From Escherichia phage PNJ-6, in the sequence record OQ076693: DNA of 64,000 nt, one strand, 5' to 3'. The notes under the pieces are model-generated. The model did no database searches and was not told the origin of the DNA. It saw only the letters and a list, made by a program, of their open reading frames with translations. How positions within the stretch are numbered: the first letter of the stretch is position 1; each line of letters starts with the position of its first letter. A program made the translations under genes and the position numbers. Shown piece after piece: positions 1 to 11,435 of the stretch.

Positions 1-114
1 CGAAGGTCCGTAAGATAACCAACGGCACGGCCTTTCTTAAAGACTCGGATTCCGTCTGTAGAATCACCAAATGCTGCCACAACCATATCGTTAGTAATCA
101 ATTGCATATTCATA
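1..114 (-). CDS. hypothetical protein, N-terminal fragment (gene body runs off window start)
   Basis: Minus-strand ATG at 112-114 preceded by GAGGAG Shine-Dalgarno; 38 in-frame codons (MNMQLITNDMVVAAFGDSTDGIRVF...) reach the window edge; no recognisable domain. Confidence 0.4.
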
Positions 115-143
115 ATTTTCTCCTCGTGTTGTTGATAAAAGCC

Positions 144-173
144 ATAGTAACACCATCCTTGGTGTTTGTAAAC
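144..173 (-). promoter_or_regulatory. T4-type early promoter (-35 GTTTAC, 18-bp spacer, -10 TACTAT)
   Basis: Minus-strand GTTTAC (rc at 168-173) and TACTAT (rc at 144-149), between rnlA and the next gene. Confidence 0.45.
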
Positions 174-175
174 CA

Positions 176-1309
<1,134 letters not shown>

Positions 1310-1327
1310 TCAGTTAGTTTTTTTTAA

Positions 1328-1357
1328 ATTGTACCACAATCCTTGTGGTATGTAAAC
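1328..1357 (-). promoter_or_regulatory. T4-type early promoter (-35 GTTTAC, -10 TACAAT) for rnlA
   Basis: Minus-strand GTTTAC (rc 1352-1357), 18-bp spacer with CCACAA/TTGTGG palindrome, TACAAT (rc 1328-1333); about 30 nt upstream of the rnlA ATG. Confidence 0.5.
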
Positions 1358-1767
1358 TACTTTTTCTTATGTTGGATATTCCAAGGCGGGTTGAACTTTT
1401 TGATAAAAAGCGGTTCTTCAAGGTCCATTGTTGCGATGGTCATTGAACCAAGTTCGTTGGTGACTGAAAGGTCAAAACATTGGCGGGCCCAGAATTCAAC
1501 CTTTTTGCCTTGCATTAAGGCATCCAAAATCATAAGTGATTTTCTTGAATCTGAAGTCTGGTCTTTTCGATTTATGGCTGTTCGATAATAGTTAATGCGT
1601 TTCTTTAAATTCTTGGTTTTACCAATATACACAAGTTCGTCATCTATAGCAATAGCGTATATGACATTTTTCTTATTAGGGACATCAACTGTTTTAATTG
1701 TTGCATCTTCTAATAGCTCCAATTCTGTATATTTAATAAAGGAATATTCGGCGGCAATATCTTTCAT
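1357..1767 (-). CDS. denA: endonuclease II-like (GIY-YIG-type nuclease)
   Basis: 136-aa ORF with GIY-YIG-like core (VIYAIAIDDELVYIGKTKNLKKRINYY); size and position between rnlA and nrdB match T4 denA. Confidence 0.8.
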   Translation of the reverse strand: MKDIAAEYSFIKYTELELLEDATIKTVDVPNKKNVIYAIAIDDELVYIGKTKNLKKRINYYRTAINRKDQTSDSRKSLMILDALMQGKKVEFWARQCFDLSVTNELGSMTIATMDLEEPLFIKKFNPPWNIQHKKK

Positions 1768-1775
1768 AATAAAGT

Positions 1776-1789
1776 GGGACCGAAGTCCC
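1776..1789 (-). terminator. intercistronic GC hairpin with UUCG loop (nrdB-denA boundary)
   Basis: GGGAC-CGAA-GTCCC on + strand; on the transcribed strand GGGAC-UUCG-GUCCC followed by U-rich ACUUUAUUAU. Confidence 0.5.
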
Positions 1790-1793
1790 GTCC

Positions 1794-2972
1794 TTAGAAA
1801 TATTTTTTGTATGAATTGATTACATTTTGGTCTACATCATTATCAATTTGTGCGACAAGATAAGAACTGATTTCAACTTCCTGAGGAGCTGCTTGAACTA
1901 AATCGGAGTTCAGATATTCACGAATCCAAGGATACGGATGCTTGGTCGGAGCATCAGTGATTGGGCATGGCAAACCACACTGTTTCATACGAGACACAGT
2001 CAAGTAATCAACAAAAGCACACATACTCTGCGTATTGATACCTGGACATGTACCGTCTTTAAAGAGGTGTGCAGCCCATTCCTTCTCTTGTCTATTTACT
2101 TCCATAAAAATGTTAACTGCTTCTTGTTCACATTCTTTAGCAATTTGAACCCACTCATCACCATCAGCACCAGATTGAAGTTGACGGATAATGTACTGAG
2201 TACCCTTGAGGTGGAGTTGTTCGTCACGAGCAATGAACTTCATAATCTTTGCATTGCCTTCCATAATTTCCATATTTTTATGGAAGTTAAAGGTACATGC
2301 AAATGATACGTAAAAACGAATAGCTTCTAAGGCGTTGATAACATGCAAACAGAGATAAAGAGACTTCATTAAATCACGCTTAGCAGCGGCTTCTTGCTTA
2401 ATAGCACGTTCTAATTGAAGGTCTGCACCAATTGACGCTTTGGCTAGTTCCGTGAATTCTTTCTGGTTTTCCCAATGGCGGGTCTTGACTAGAACATCAT
2501 CGTAATATTTACCTATTGATTCAGCTCGTTTCATGATTGCTTCGTCTAATACAATCTCATCAAATACCTTAGATGGGTCTGTATAAAGATTTCGCATAAT
2601 ATGTGTATACGAACGAGAGTGAATAGTTTCACTGAAAGTCCATGTTGCAACCCATGTATCTAATGAAGGGTCAGAAATCAGTGCCATAAGTACCGCAGAT
2701 GGGGCCCTGCCTTGGATAGAATCTAATAATGATTGATACTTAAGATTGTTTGTAAAGATGTCCTGTTGGAACTGAGGAAGCTTATTGAACTGCGCAGAGT
2801 CCAACATCAAGTTTACCTCTTCTGGGCGCCAAAAAAATGATAATTGCTTTTCGGTCAAATCTTCAAAAACTTTATGGCGTTGAATATCATAACGCGCAAT
2901 ACCAAGACCAGAACCAAAGAACATCGGTTCATTCAAAACATCGACTTGTTGTGTGTTAAAAACTGTACTCAT
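1794..2972 (-). CDS. nrdB: aerobic ribonucleotide reductase small subunit
   Basis: 392-aa ORF with class Ia R2 iron-ligand regions (FSETIHSRSYTHI; ARDEQLHLKGTQYI); contiguous ORF, no intron interruption. Confidence 0.93.
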   Translation of the reverse strand: MSTVFNTQQVDVLNEPMFFGSGLGIARYDIQRHKVFEDLTEKQLSFFWRPEEVNLMLDSAQFNKLPQFQQDIFTNNLKYQSLLDSIQGRAPSAVLMALISDPSLDTWVATWTFSETIHSRSYTHIMRNLYTDPSKVFDEIVLDEAIMKRAESIGKYYDDVLVKTRHWENQKEFTELAKASIGADLQLERAIKQEAAAKRDLMKSLYLCLHVINALEAIRFYVSFACTFNFHKNMEIMEGNAKIMKFIARDEQLHLKGTQYIIRQLQSGADGDEWVQIAKECEQEAVNIFMEVNRQEKEWAAHLFKDGTCPGINTQSMCAFVDYLTVSRMKQCGLPCPITDAPTKHPYPWIREYLNSDLVQAAPQEVEISSYLVAQIDNDVDQNVINSYKKYF

Positions 2973-3025
2973 TATATTTTCTCACTTAGTTTAACTCATC
3001 CATGAGTAAATTATAATAAAAAGTC

Positions 3026-5281
3026 TTAAAGCTTACAAGCAGAACAATCTTCAGCTTTAGGTGTTTCTAATTCATAGTCATCTGTACCTGACCCATCACG
3101 AGTGTTATGATAGTAGAGGTTTTTTCCGCCAAAGTACCAGAAGTAAAGCAGATCGTCAAGCATTACTGACATTGGCACTTTACCTTTCTCGAATACTGCA
3201 GGGTCATAGTAAGTATTAGCAGAAGCAGATTGGCACACCCATTTCAACATGATAGCAACTTGGGTCAAATAAGGTTTATTACCTTTCTTAGCAAGTTTCC
3301 ACGCGTAGTCATAAAGACTCATGTTATGTTCTATATTAGGAACAACCTGACGGAAGTTGCCTTCTTTAGATTCTTTAATACTTACTGGACCGCGCGGAGG
3401 TTCGATACCGTTTGTAGAGTTTGATACTTGACTGCTTGACTCACAAGGCATGAGTGCAGACAACGTTGAGTTACGAATTCCATGTTCTTTGAGTTCAGCT
3501 CGAAGTTCTTCCCAGTCACAGACGTAGTTCGGGGCTGCGATTTGGTCAATCTTTTTATTGTACCAGTCGATAGGTAATTCGCCTCTAGACCATTTAGTGT
3601 CTGAATAATACTCACAAGGTCCTTTTTCTTTGGCGAGTTTGATTGAAGCTTTGATAAGGCCATATTGCAATCTCTCAAACAATTCATGAGTCAAATCGTT
3701 AGCGTCTTCATATGAAGCAAAGTTAGAAGCTAACCATGCGGCATAGTTCGTCACACCAACACCGAGGTTTCGACGCTTTTTGGCTTTTAAAGCTTCTGGA
3801 ACAGGATAATCTTGATAATCTAACAGGTTATCAAGTGCACGTACTTGTACTTCAGCAAGTTCATTAATTTTATCTTGGTCTTGCCAATCAAATTTATCTA
3901 ATACAAAAGCAGATAATGTGCATAAACCAATTTCAGCATCAGGACCATTCACGTCATTAGTCGGAATAGCGATTTCACAACATAAGTTACTCTGACGAAT
4001 TGGAGCTTTTTCGCGAATAAACGGAGTGTAGTTATTCGTGTTATCAACGAATTGTGGATAAATTCGAGCAGTGCCAGAACGTTCAGTCATGAACAATTCA
4101 AAGAGTTCTAGTGCTTTGATTCTTTTCTTTCTGATTGTCGGGTCTTTTTCAGCTTTCTCATAAAGCTCACGGAATTTATCTTGATCTTCAAAGAACGAGT
4201 AGTATAGTTCGCCTGACATTTCGTGAGGGCTAAATAAAGTAATATAATCATTTTTACCAAGGCGTTCCATCATAAGGTCATTAATCTGAATTCCGTAGTC
4301 CATATGTCGAATACGGTTTTCATCCACACCTTTGTTATTTTTCAGAACTAATAGGTTCTCTACTTCTAAGTGCCACATCGGATAATACGCTGTAGCAGCA
4401 CCACCACGAATACCACCTTGAGAACAAGATTTTACTGCAGTTTGGAAATGTTTCCAGAATGGAATAACACCTGTATGTCGAACTTCACCCATACCGATCT
4501 TAGAACCTTCTGCACGAAGCATACCAACGTTGATACCGATACCAGCTCGTTTAGAAATATATTCAATAATTGATGCTGAAGTTTTGTTAATAGATTTTAA
4601 CGAATCACCGGCTTCAATAACTACACAACTAGAGAACTGGCGAGTCGGAGTACGAGCACCTGCCATAATTGGGGTTGGCAATGAAACTTGATGAGTAGAA
4701 ACGGCATCATAAAAACGAATAATATGTTTCAAACGGTCATGAGTTTCGTCTTGATGTAAGGCCATACCAATAGCCATGATAGCAAACTGGGGAGTTTCAT
4801 AAATCTTCCCAGTTGTTTTATCTTTAACTAGATATTTTTCTTTAAGCTGCATAGCACCAGCATAAGTCAGGTCAAAATCTCGCTCATGTTTAATCTGTGA
4901 ATCGAGATAAATGATTTCTTCTGCAGAATATCTAGACAACAACTCAGGGTCGTATTTGCCTTCATTAACACAGTAAGAAATATGGTCGATAAAAGCAGGC
5001 GGTTCAAACTGCCCGTATACATCTTTACGAAGTGCAAACATTAATCCTTTAGCGGCGACATACTGATAATCAGGTTCTTCGACAGAAATCGAGTTAGCTG
5101 CAACTTTAATACAAATCTTCTGAATATCTTTGGTGCTCATCCCATCGACAAGATGGGTTTTAATTTCTTCGTACAATTCATATGGGTCAATTTGTGTTCC
5201 TTCACATTGCCAAGTTAAGACTTGAATAATTTTCTGTGCATCAAAATTTTGGGATACACCACTGCTCTTAGTTACTTGCAT
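3026..5281 (-). CDS. nrdA: aerobic ribonucleotide reductase large subunit
   Basis: 751-aa ORF; catalytic-site region SNLCCEIAIP, C-terminal redox cysteine pair (DCSACKL); adjacent to nrdB. Confidence 0.93.
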   Translation of the reverse strand: MQVTKSSGVSQNFDAQKIIQVLTWQCEGTQIDPYELYEEIKTHLVDGMSTKDIQKICIKVAANSISVEEPDYQYVAAKGLMFALRKDVYGQFEPPAFIDHISYCVNEGKYDPELLSRYSAEEIIYLDSQIKHERDFDLTYAGAMQLKEKYLVKDKTTGKIYETPQFAIMAIGMALHQDETHDRLKHIIRFYDAVSTHQVSLPTPIMAGARTPTRQFSSCVVIEAGDSLKSINKTSASIIEYISKRAGIGINVGMLRAEGSKIGMGEVRHTGVIPFWKHFQTAVKSCSQGGIRGGAATAYYPMWHLEVENLLVLKNNKGVDENRIRHMDYGIQINDLMMERLGKNDYITLFSPHEMSGELYYSFFEDQDKFRELYEKAEKDPTIRKKRIKALELFELFMTERSGTARIYPQFVDNTNNYTPFIREKAPIRQSNLCCEIAIPTNDVNGPDAEIGLCTLSAFVLDKFDWQDQDKINELAEVQVRALDNLLDYQDYPVPEALKAKKRRNLGVGVTNYAAWLASNFASYEDANDLTHELFERLQYGLIKASIKLAKEKGPCEYYSDTKWSRGELPIDWYNKKIDQIAAPNYVCDWEELRAELKEHGIRNSTLSALMPCESSSQVSNSTNGIEPPRGPVSIKESKEGNFRQVVPNIEHNMSLYDYAWKLAKKGNKPYLTQVAIMLKWVCQSASANTYYDPAVFEKGKVPMSVMLDDLLYFWYFGGKNLYYHNTRDGSGTDDYELETPKAEDCSACKL

Positions 5282-5368
5282 ATAGTCCTCAGTATAGGTT
5301 GATAGACATTACTCCAAACGGGATAGTATTTATCCCGTTAATTTATTATACACTTTTAAACTGAAGCG

Positions 5369-5623
5369 TTAATTATCCTCAGCAATAATTTCTTCGTATT
5401 CTTTAGGTGTCAAGACTGTGATATCGAAATAAACCAACGGTTCTTTTTCTATACCATAACCACCACAAAATTCACGATATTCATAAATTCGTTCATGTGA
5501 ATAGCAAATGAATCGTTCACCTTTAACTGTGATTTCACTATTCGGTGAAGGGATATCCAGTTCGGTAGGATTTTTCATTTCAAAAATTGTGGTGCCATAT
5601 GAATTAATAAAACGTAAAATCAT
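5369..5623 (-). CDS. hypothetical protein (small ORF between td and nrdA)
   Basis: 84-aa ORF in the td-nrdA interval; no recognisable motif. Confidence 0.5.
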   Translation of the reverse strand: MILRFINSYGTTIFEMKNPTELDIPSPNSEITVKGERFICYSHERIYEYREFCGGYGIEKEPLVYFDITVLTPKEYEEIIAEDN

Positions 5624-5624
5624 T

Positions 5625-7308
<1,684 letters not shown>

Positions 7309-7317
7309 TGTATTTCC

Positions 7318-7560
7318 TCAAACAGACTTTTTCACAATTTTCCAATCAGCTTTAAATTGGTCGACATCCGAGTGATAAATCCAGAATCCGGATGATATAC
7401 CATCTTCGTAGAGTGGACATCCATCACATTCTTCGTTCCAACCCATTTCGCGTAAAGCTTCTTCAGCTTGTTCAAGGAGTTCGGCGTCTTTACCAACGAT
7501 GTTGAAGTACCATTTACCTCTAACTTCAGAATCTTTGATGCTCTGGCGTTGCAATCTCAT
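7318..7560 (-). CDS. hypothetical protein
   Basis: 80-aa ORF; promoter-like element immediately upstream at 7570-7615. Confidence 0.5.
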   Translation of the reverse strand: MRLQRQSIKDSEVRGKWYFNIVGKDAELLEQAEEALREMGWNEECDGCPLYEDGISSGFWIYHSDVDQFKADWKIVKKSV

Positions 7561-7624
7561 TTTATTCTCCGCTTCACTTTTGATTTGATAGGGCTACTAT
7601 AACATAACCCTATCTGATTGTATA

Positions 7625-8029
7625 TTACTTTTTAAAAGTTTTTTGCAAAAGTTTGATGATTTCGTCGACGTTGGTTTCATCTACGATACAATGGATTTTT
7701 GTTACACCTAAAGTTATACCTTCGTTAGTAGGTTGAGGCTTTACTAAATCTACCTCAGTAAAGTACTCAATAAAGTATTTAAACTCGTCGGGATAAATCT
7801 CAAAATAAGTTTCAATTTCACCACCGGCAGAACATACAGTACCATCTTCCATAGTTACACTTACTACGTTTGACGTATCGCTATCATAATCAGGTTCCAT
7901 TCCGTTTACAACAAAACTAGGCCCATGGAGTTCAATCAGTTTTAACATCTTAGCGTTATTATGTGGTGCTTCTTGAACAAAGTCGTCTTTAAATAAAGGG
8001 TTAATGATATAAGATTTTCCGATTTCCAT
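7625..8029 (-). CDS. hypothetical protein
   Basis: 134-aa acidic ORF; early promoter at 8059-8087 upstream. Confidence 0.5.
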   Translation of the reverse strand: MEIGKSYIINPLFKDDFVQEAPHNNAKMLKLIELHGPSFVVNGMEPDYDSDTSNVVSVTMEDGTVCSAGGEIETYFEIYPDEFKYFIEYFTEVDLVKPQPTNEGITLGVTKIHCIVDETNVDEIIKLLQKTFKK

Positions 8030-8058
8030 TTTGATTTCCTCATGTTGTTGATATGACT

Positions 8059-8087
8059 ATACTAACACATCCAGGGAAGAAGTAAAC
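8059..8087 (-). promoter_or_regulatory. T4-type early promoter (-35 GTTTAC, 17-bp spacer, -10 TAGTAT)
   Basis: rc of 8082-8087 is GTTTAC and rc of 8059-8064 is TAGTAT; upstream of ORF 7625..8029. Confidence 0.45.
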
Positions 8088-8118
8088 AACTTTTTCGGCA
8101 ATTTACAGATACTCAAAA

Positions 8119-8136
8119 GGGAGACCGAAGTCTCCC
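8119..8136 (-). terminator. hairpin terminator downstream of gene 32
   Basis: 7-bp stem GGGAGAC/GTCTCCC with 4-nt loop, followed on the minus strand by CUUUUGAG. Confidence 0.55.
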
Positions 8137-8142
8137 AATTTA

Positions 8143-9045
8143 TTATAGACCAGCTAACAGGTCATCGAGGTCACCATCATCAGAGGATGAGGTAGAGCTC
8201 ATGAAGTCATCTTCAGTTTTTGCAGAACTAAAGGCTTCCATGTCTTTATCAAAATCGTCAAGGTCAGAAGCAACTTTATCTGCAACAGAAGCTGCTGCGG
8301 CTGCTGCACCACCAAGAGCGGCAGTACCAAGAACCTTAGCGAAAGATTCATTTAATTTTTCAAATGATTTGAACTGGTCTTTAGCCGTCAAAGTAGTAAG
8401 GTCTACCATCTGGTCATATAGTTCTTTCTGGAATGCTTCGTCGTTAATACGAGGAATTTCAGATTGACCCAAGAATTTAGATTCGTCATAGTTGCTAAAA
8501 CCGGAAACCTGCTTAGCTTTCAGAACGAAGTTAGCACCTTCAAACGGACAAGTAACATCAACTGGAGTTTCGCCCATTTCGGTATCAACTGCAATCATTG
8601 CATTGATTTTGTCCCAAATCTTTTTACCGAAACGATATTTAAATACTTTACCTTCGTTATCTGGAGCTTGAGGGTCTTTAACAACCAGAATATTAGCCCA
8701 ATAAGAAGTTTTACGTTTCAGTTGAGAATATTCAGTTTTGTTAGTATTGTACAGGTCATTTTTACTAATGTACTGACATACAGGACAAGAGTCATAATCA
8801 CCATGTGTAGAAGAGCAATTTTCAATATACCATTTACCGTTTTTCTTAAAACCGTGGTTAACAAGAATTGCAAATGGTAGTGCATCATCAGTTTTTGCTG
8901 GCAAGAAACGAATTACCGCTTGACCATTACCGGATGCATCTAGCTTCAGCTTCCATTCGCCTTTATCTTCTGAAGAGAAACCTTTGTTACCATTCAGTTT
9001 AGCCATTTGAGCAGCGAGGTCAGCAGTAGATTTACGTTTAAACAT
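8143..9045 (-). CDS. 32: single-stranded DNA-binding protein gp32
   Basis: 300-aa ORF; Zn-binding His/Cys cluster ([16 protein letters not shown]), acidic C-terminal tail ([14 protein letters not shown]); AU-rich operator and hairpin in its 5' leader. Confidence 0.93.
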   Translation of the reverse strand: MFKRKSTADLAAQMAKLNGNKGFSSEDKGEWKLKLDASGNGQAVIRFLPAKTDDALPFAILVNHGFKKNGKWYIENCSSTHGDYDSCPVCQYISKNDLYNTNKTEYSQLKRKTSYWANILVVKDPQAPDNEGKVFKYRFGKKIWDKINAMIAVDTEMGETPVDVTCPFEGANFVLKAKQVSGFSNYDESKFLGQSEIPRINDEAFQKELYDQMVDLTTLTAKDQFKSFEKLNESFAKVLGTAALGGAAAAAASVADKVASDLDDFDKDMEAFSSAKTEDDFMSSTSSSDDGDLDDLLAGL

Positions 9046-9048
9046 GGA

Positions 9049-9124
9049 TTATTACCTTTATTTAGATTATTTAGATTATTTAATTTATTTACAGTTGGTT
9101 GCTACGACACTTATACCTCGTAGC
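9049..9124 (-). promoter_or_regulatory. gene 32 translational operator (hairpin plus AU-rich repeat leader)
   Basis: 5' leader of gene 32 has a 6-bp stem (GCTACG/CGTAGC, 9101-9124) followed by an unstructured AU-rich tract with tandem TTTAGATTAT units; fits known gp32 autoregulation. Confidence 0.55.
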
Positions 9125-9134
9125 TGGTATGATT

Positions 9135-9142
9135 TATTTATA
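9135..9142 (-). promoter_or_regulatory. late promoter (TATAAATA) upstream of gene 32
   Basis: Exact TATAAATA on the minus strand about 90 nt upstream of the gene 32 ATG. Confidence 0.45.
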
Positions 9143-9171
9143 AAGTAATTTTAACACACAAGAAATAAAGC

Positions 9172-9825
9172 TTAATACCTACATGATTTGATTGTTTCTA
9201 TGAACAATTTCTTAGCAGCATTTCCATCGATTTGAAGTATTTTTCGATATGCCTTTAATTTGGTAGAATAATTTTGCCAGACCAAATTGTCAGTAAGTTC
9301 GTCGTGCTTATCTATAATATTCAAAAATGAGTCCAACAATAAGAAAGTCTCAAATGAAATTATATTGCTTTGTAGCAATTTGAATATGTAGCTCGACTGA
9401 ACGTTGTTATTATAATCAAATATCTCTTGAAGCGCACTAACTTCAACTTTCTTACTGAAATAGTAGATGTTACGTACATCTTCAGCAAACGTCTCCTTGG
9501 CTTGTTTGAGACGTCCAATATATTCCCTATAGAAAACTAATGCATCAGCGTCTGATATCTCACCAATCCATGCATCTTGGTTAGCAACTAAGTTACTGAT
9601 GAATATCAAGGTGAGTTCCTTCAATTTATATTTCTCTGCTAGCTTTTCAAAGAAATATTTATCTCGGCGTTTTTGATACGCATTATCCGAAACACGCATG
9701 CACCAGTTATATTTGATTACGTCATACCGACCATTAAAATGTTGTTTGCACATCAAGTATAGTTTGTATACCGATTTTCCGTTAATATAACGTTCTCCAT
9801 CAGGAGGCATGCGTATTTTAATCAT
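9172..9825 (-). CDS. 59: helicase loading protein gp59
   Basis: 217-aa ORF at the T4 gene 59 position between 32 and 33; T4 gp59-like sequence and size. Confidence 0.85.
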   Translation of the reverse strand: MIKIRMPPDGERYINGKSVYKLYLMCKQHFNGRYDVIKYNWCMRVSDNAYQKRRDKYFFEKLAEKYKLKELTLIFISNLVANQDAWIGEISDADALVFYREYIGRLKQAKETFAEDVRNIYYFSKKVEVSALQEIFDYNNNVQSSYIFKLLQSNIISFETFLLLDSFLNIIDKHDELTDNLVWQNYSTKLKAYRKILQIDGNAAKKLFIETIKSCRY

Positions 9826-10160
9826 AATAAGAAATCTAACGTATTAGTTTTTTCACCACGAGCAACTGATGGGCGAAGCATGTTTTCGTCAATTGCTTCG
9901 CTTGTAATTTTTTCAACAATTCCTGTAGGAATAAATTTAGCAAATTGTGTTTCTGGAATAGAATTTTCTTCCAAGAAAGCAGTTGTTGCTTCTAAATAAG
10001 ACATACCAAATCGTTCAACCATGGATTCGATAATGAATCCGTTTTCTTGTCGGTCAAGTAATTTAGCGATATCATCTTTATCGTGTTTTACTGCTAATTC
10101 TTGTTCAGATAAACCGGCCTCATCAACCGGTTTAATATCACTTAGTGAAAACTGTGTCAT
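9822..10160 (-). CDS. 33: late transcription co-activator gp33
   Basis: 112-aa acidic ORF, ATGA-coupled to gene 59; T4 gp33-like sequence and position. Confidence 0.82.
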   Translation of the reverse strand: MTQFSLSDIKPVDEAGLSEQELAVKHDKDDIAKLLDRQENGFIIESMVERFGMSYLEATTAFLEENSIPETQFAKFIPTGIVEKITSEAIDENMLRPSVARGEKTNTLDFLL

Positions 10161-10407
10161 AAAGCTCGACTACCTCTTCGTTTTCAGCTTCAAATTGATC
10201 ACGAGCGTCTTTATGATAAAGAGCTAACAAACGATTAAACATTTTTCCATCGACGCCAAGCTCTTCTTTAGCACGAGTACGAATGTCTTTAATCAGTTCA
10301 TTATAACCAGAAATTTTAAGTTTGTTATCGGAAGCTTCCTTGACTAGTTTAGCCAGTTCTTCACCATGCACATCTTGATTAAATTCAACTGCTTCTTTCT
10401 TAGCCAT
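10138..10407 (-). CDS. dsbA: double-stranded DNA-binding protein DsbA-like
   Basis: ORF 10138..10425 trimmed to the internal ATG (MAKKEAVEF...) so it does not overlap rnh; about 89 aa, between rnh and 33 as in T4. Confidence 0.7.
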   Translation of the reverse strand: MAKKEAVEFNQDVHGEELAKLVKEASDNKLKISGYNELIKDIRTRAKEELGVDGKMFNRLLALYHKDARDQFEAENEEVVELYDTVFTK

Positions 10408-10414
10408 GTTTACC

Positions 10415-11332
10415 TCAGAATTCATTAATTACACTTGTTAATTTAGAAAGACCAGATTTTACAAAGTATGAATAAATCTTGCCTTTAGGTTGTGGTTTAT
10501 ATGAGTTATAATACTCTATAATGGTTGAAGCAATATTATCAGGGATATAATCAAAATCAATGAGAACCAAATTTTCTTGGTACCGTTTATATTCTTCTGC
10601 ACTTAATAATACTTCAGCTTGAGAACGGTCATTGGCAATTGCTTCAATAATCGTTGTTTTCATGCTCGGAGTTCGTTCACCATCAACTCTGGTAAACCAG
10701 AAGTCGCCACGAACTCGAACAGATGCAACGCCATCTTTACGGTCACCTTTAAGAATTTTAGTCATGCAATCAATTTCAGCAGAACCGTTCTTAATTTTAA
10801 CCCATTTTTTCTGTGGTGGCGACCACTGTTTAACGTTAGGATATTTGTGTAATTGTGTAAAGTCACCGTCTGATGCAACAATACATACCTTATGTCCAGC
10901 TAATGACAAATATTTAGTTAATACACCGATATGGTCATCCGCTTCATACTTGTCAATATCCATTACAACGTATGGCATGTATTTCTTAATCTCATCAACA
11001 ACTTGACGGAGCGCAGTAAAATATCCTTCCCAATCCCACTTTGAAGCTTCACGATCGGTTTTACGATTTTTCTTGTAATAGTAAGCAAAGTCACGACGCC
11101 AATAACCTGAAGTAGCATTATCCATACACAATACAAATTTTGTATAGCCTTGCTTACGGAACATCACTACGTTTTTACGAATTGAATTCAAGATTACATG
11201 GCGAACCATCGGAACAGTAATTTTATCGCCATCTTCAAAGTTGTTTAATGCGGCTGCCAATGCAATGTTACTAAAGTCGGCAAGTGCAATACCTTCTTTG
11301 TAATCTTCATCCAACATCATTTCTAAATCCAT
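10415..11332 (-). CDS. rnh: RNase H / 5'-3' flap exonuclease
   Basis: 305-aa ORF with FEN-family acidic clusters (CMDNATSGYWRRD; IVASDGDFTQL); divergent from gene 34 as in T4. Confidence 0.88.
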   Translation of the reverse strand: MDLEMMLDEDYKEGIALADFSNIALAAALNNFEDGDKITVPMVRHVILNSIRKNVVMFRKQGYTKFVLCMDNATSGYWRRDFAYYYKKNRKTDREASKWDWEGYFTALRQVVDEIKKYMPYVVMDIDKYEADDHIGVLTKYLSLAGHKVCIVASDGDFTQLHKYPNVKQWSPPQKKWVKIKNGSAEIDCMTKILKGDRKDGVASVRVRGDFWFTRVDGERTPSMKTTIIEAIANDRSQAEVLLSAEEYKRYQENLVLIDFDYIPDNIASTIIEYYNSYKPQPKGKIYSYFVKSGLSKLTSVINEF

Positions 11333-11364
11333 ATGAACCTCTTGTTCAGTTAGTCAACTTGACT

Positions 11365-11394
11365 ATAGTAACATACTCATTTGAAAGCGTAAAC
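11365..11394 (-). promoter_or_regulatory. T4-type early promoter for rnh (-35 GTTTAC, -10 TACTAT)
   Basis: rc of 11389-11394 is GTTTAC; 18-bp spacer; rc of 11365-11370 is TACTAT; about 35 nt upstream of the rnh ATG. Confidence 0.45.
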
Positions 11395-11397
11395 TGG

Positions 11398-11405
11398 TAT
11401 AAATA
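11398..11405 (+). promoter_or_regulatory. late promoter (TATAAATA) for gene 34
   Basis: Exact TATAAATA 31 nt upstream of the gene 34 ATG; divergent from the rnh early promoter. Confidence 0.6.
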
Positions 11406-11435
11406 AGTATTATTGAAACAATAAAGGAAAAACGA

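Noticed and set aside
1938-2306. Plus-strand ORF (122 aa) inside nrdB
   Set aside because: Antisense shadow ORF within a conserved gene; no start signals.
9061-9090. Short tandem repeats (TTTAGATTAT units) as a possible CRISPR or satellite array
   Set aside because: Only two to three short AT-rich units with no spacer structure; better explained as the AU-rich gp32 operator in the gene 32 leader.
10632-11006. Plus-strand ORFs inside rnh (10619..10852 and 10632..11006)
   Set aside because: Antisense to rnh; mutually overlapping frames; no start context.
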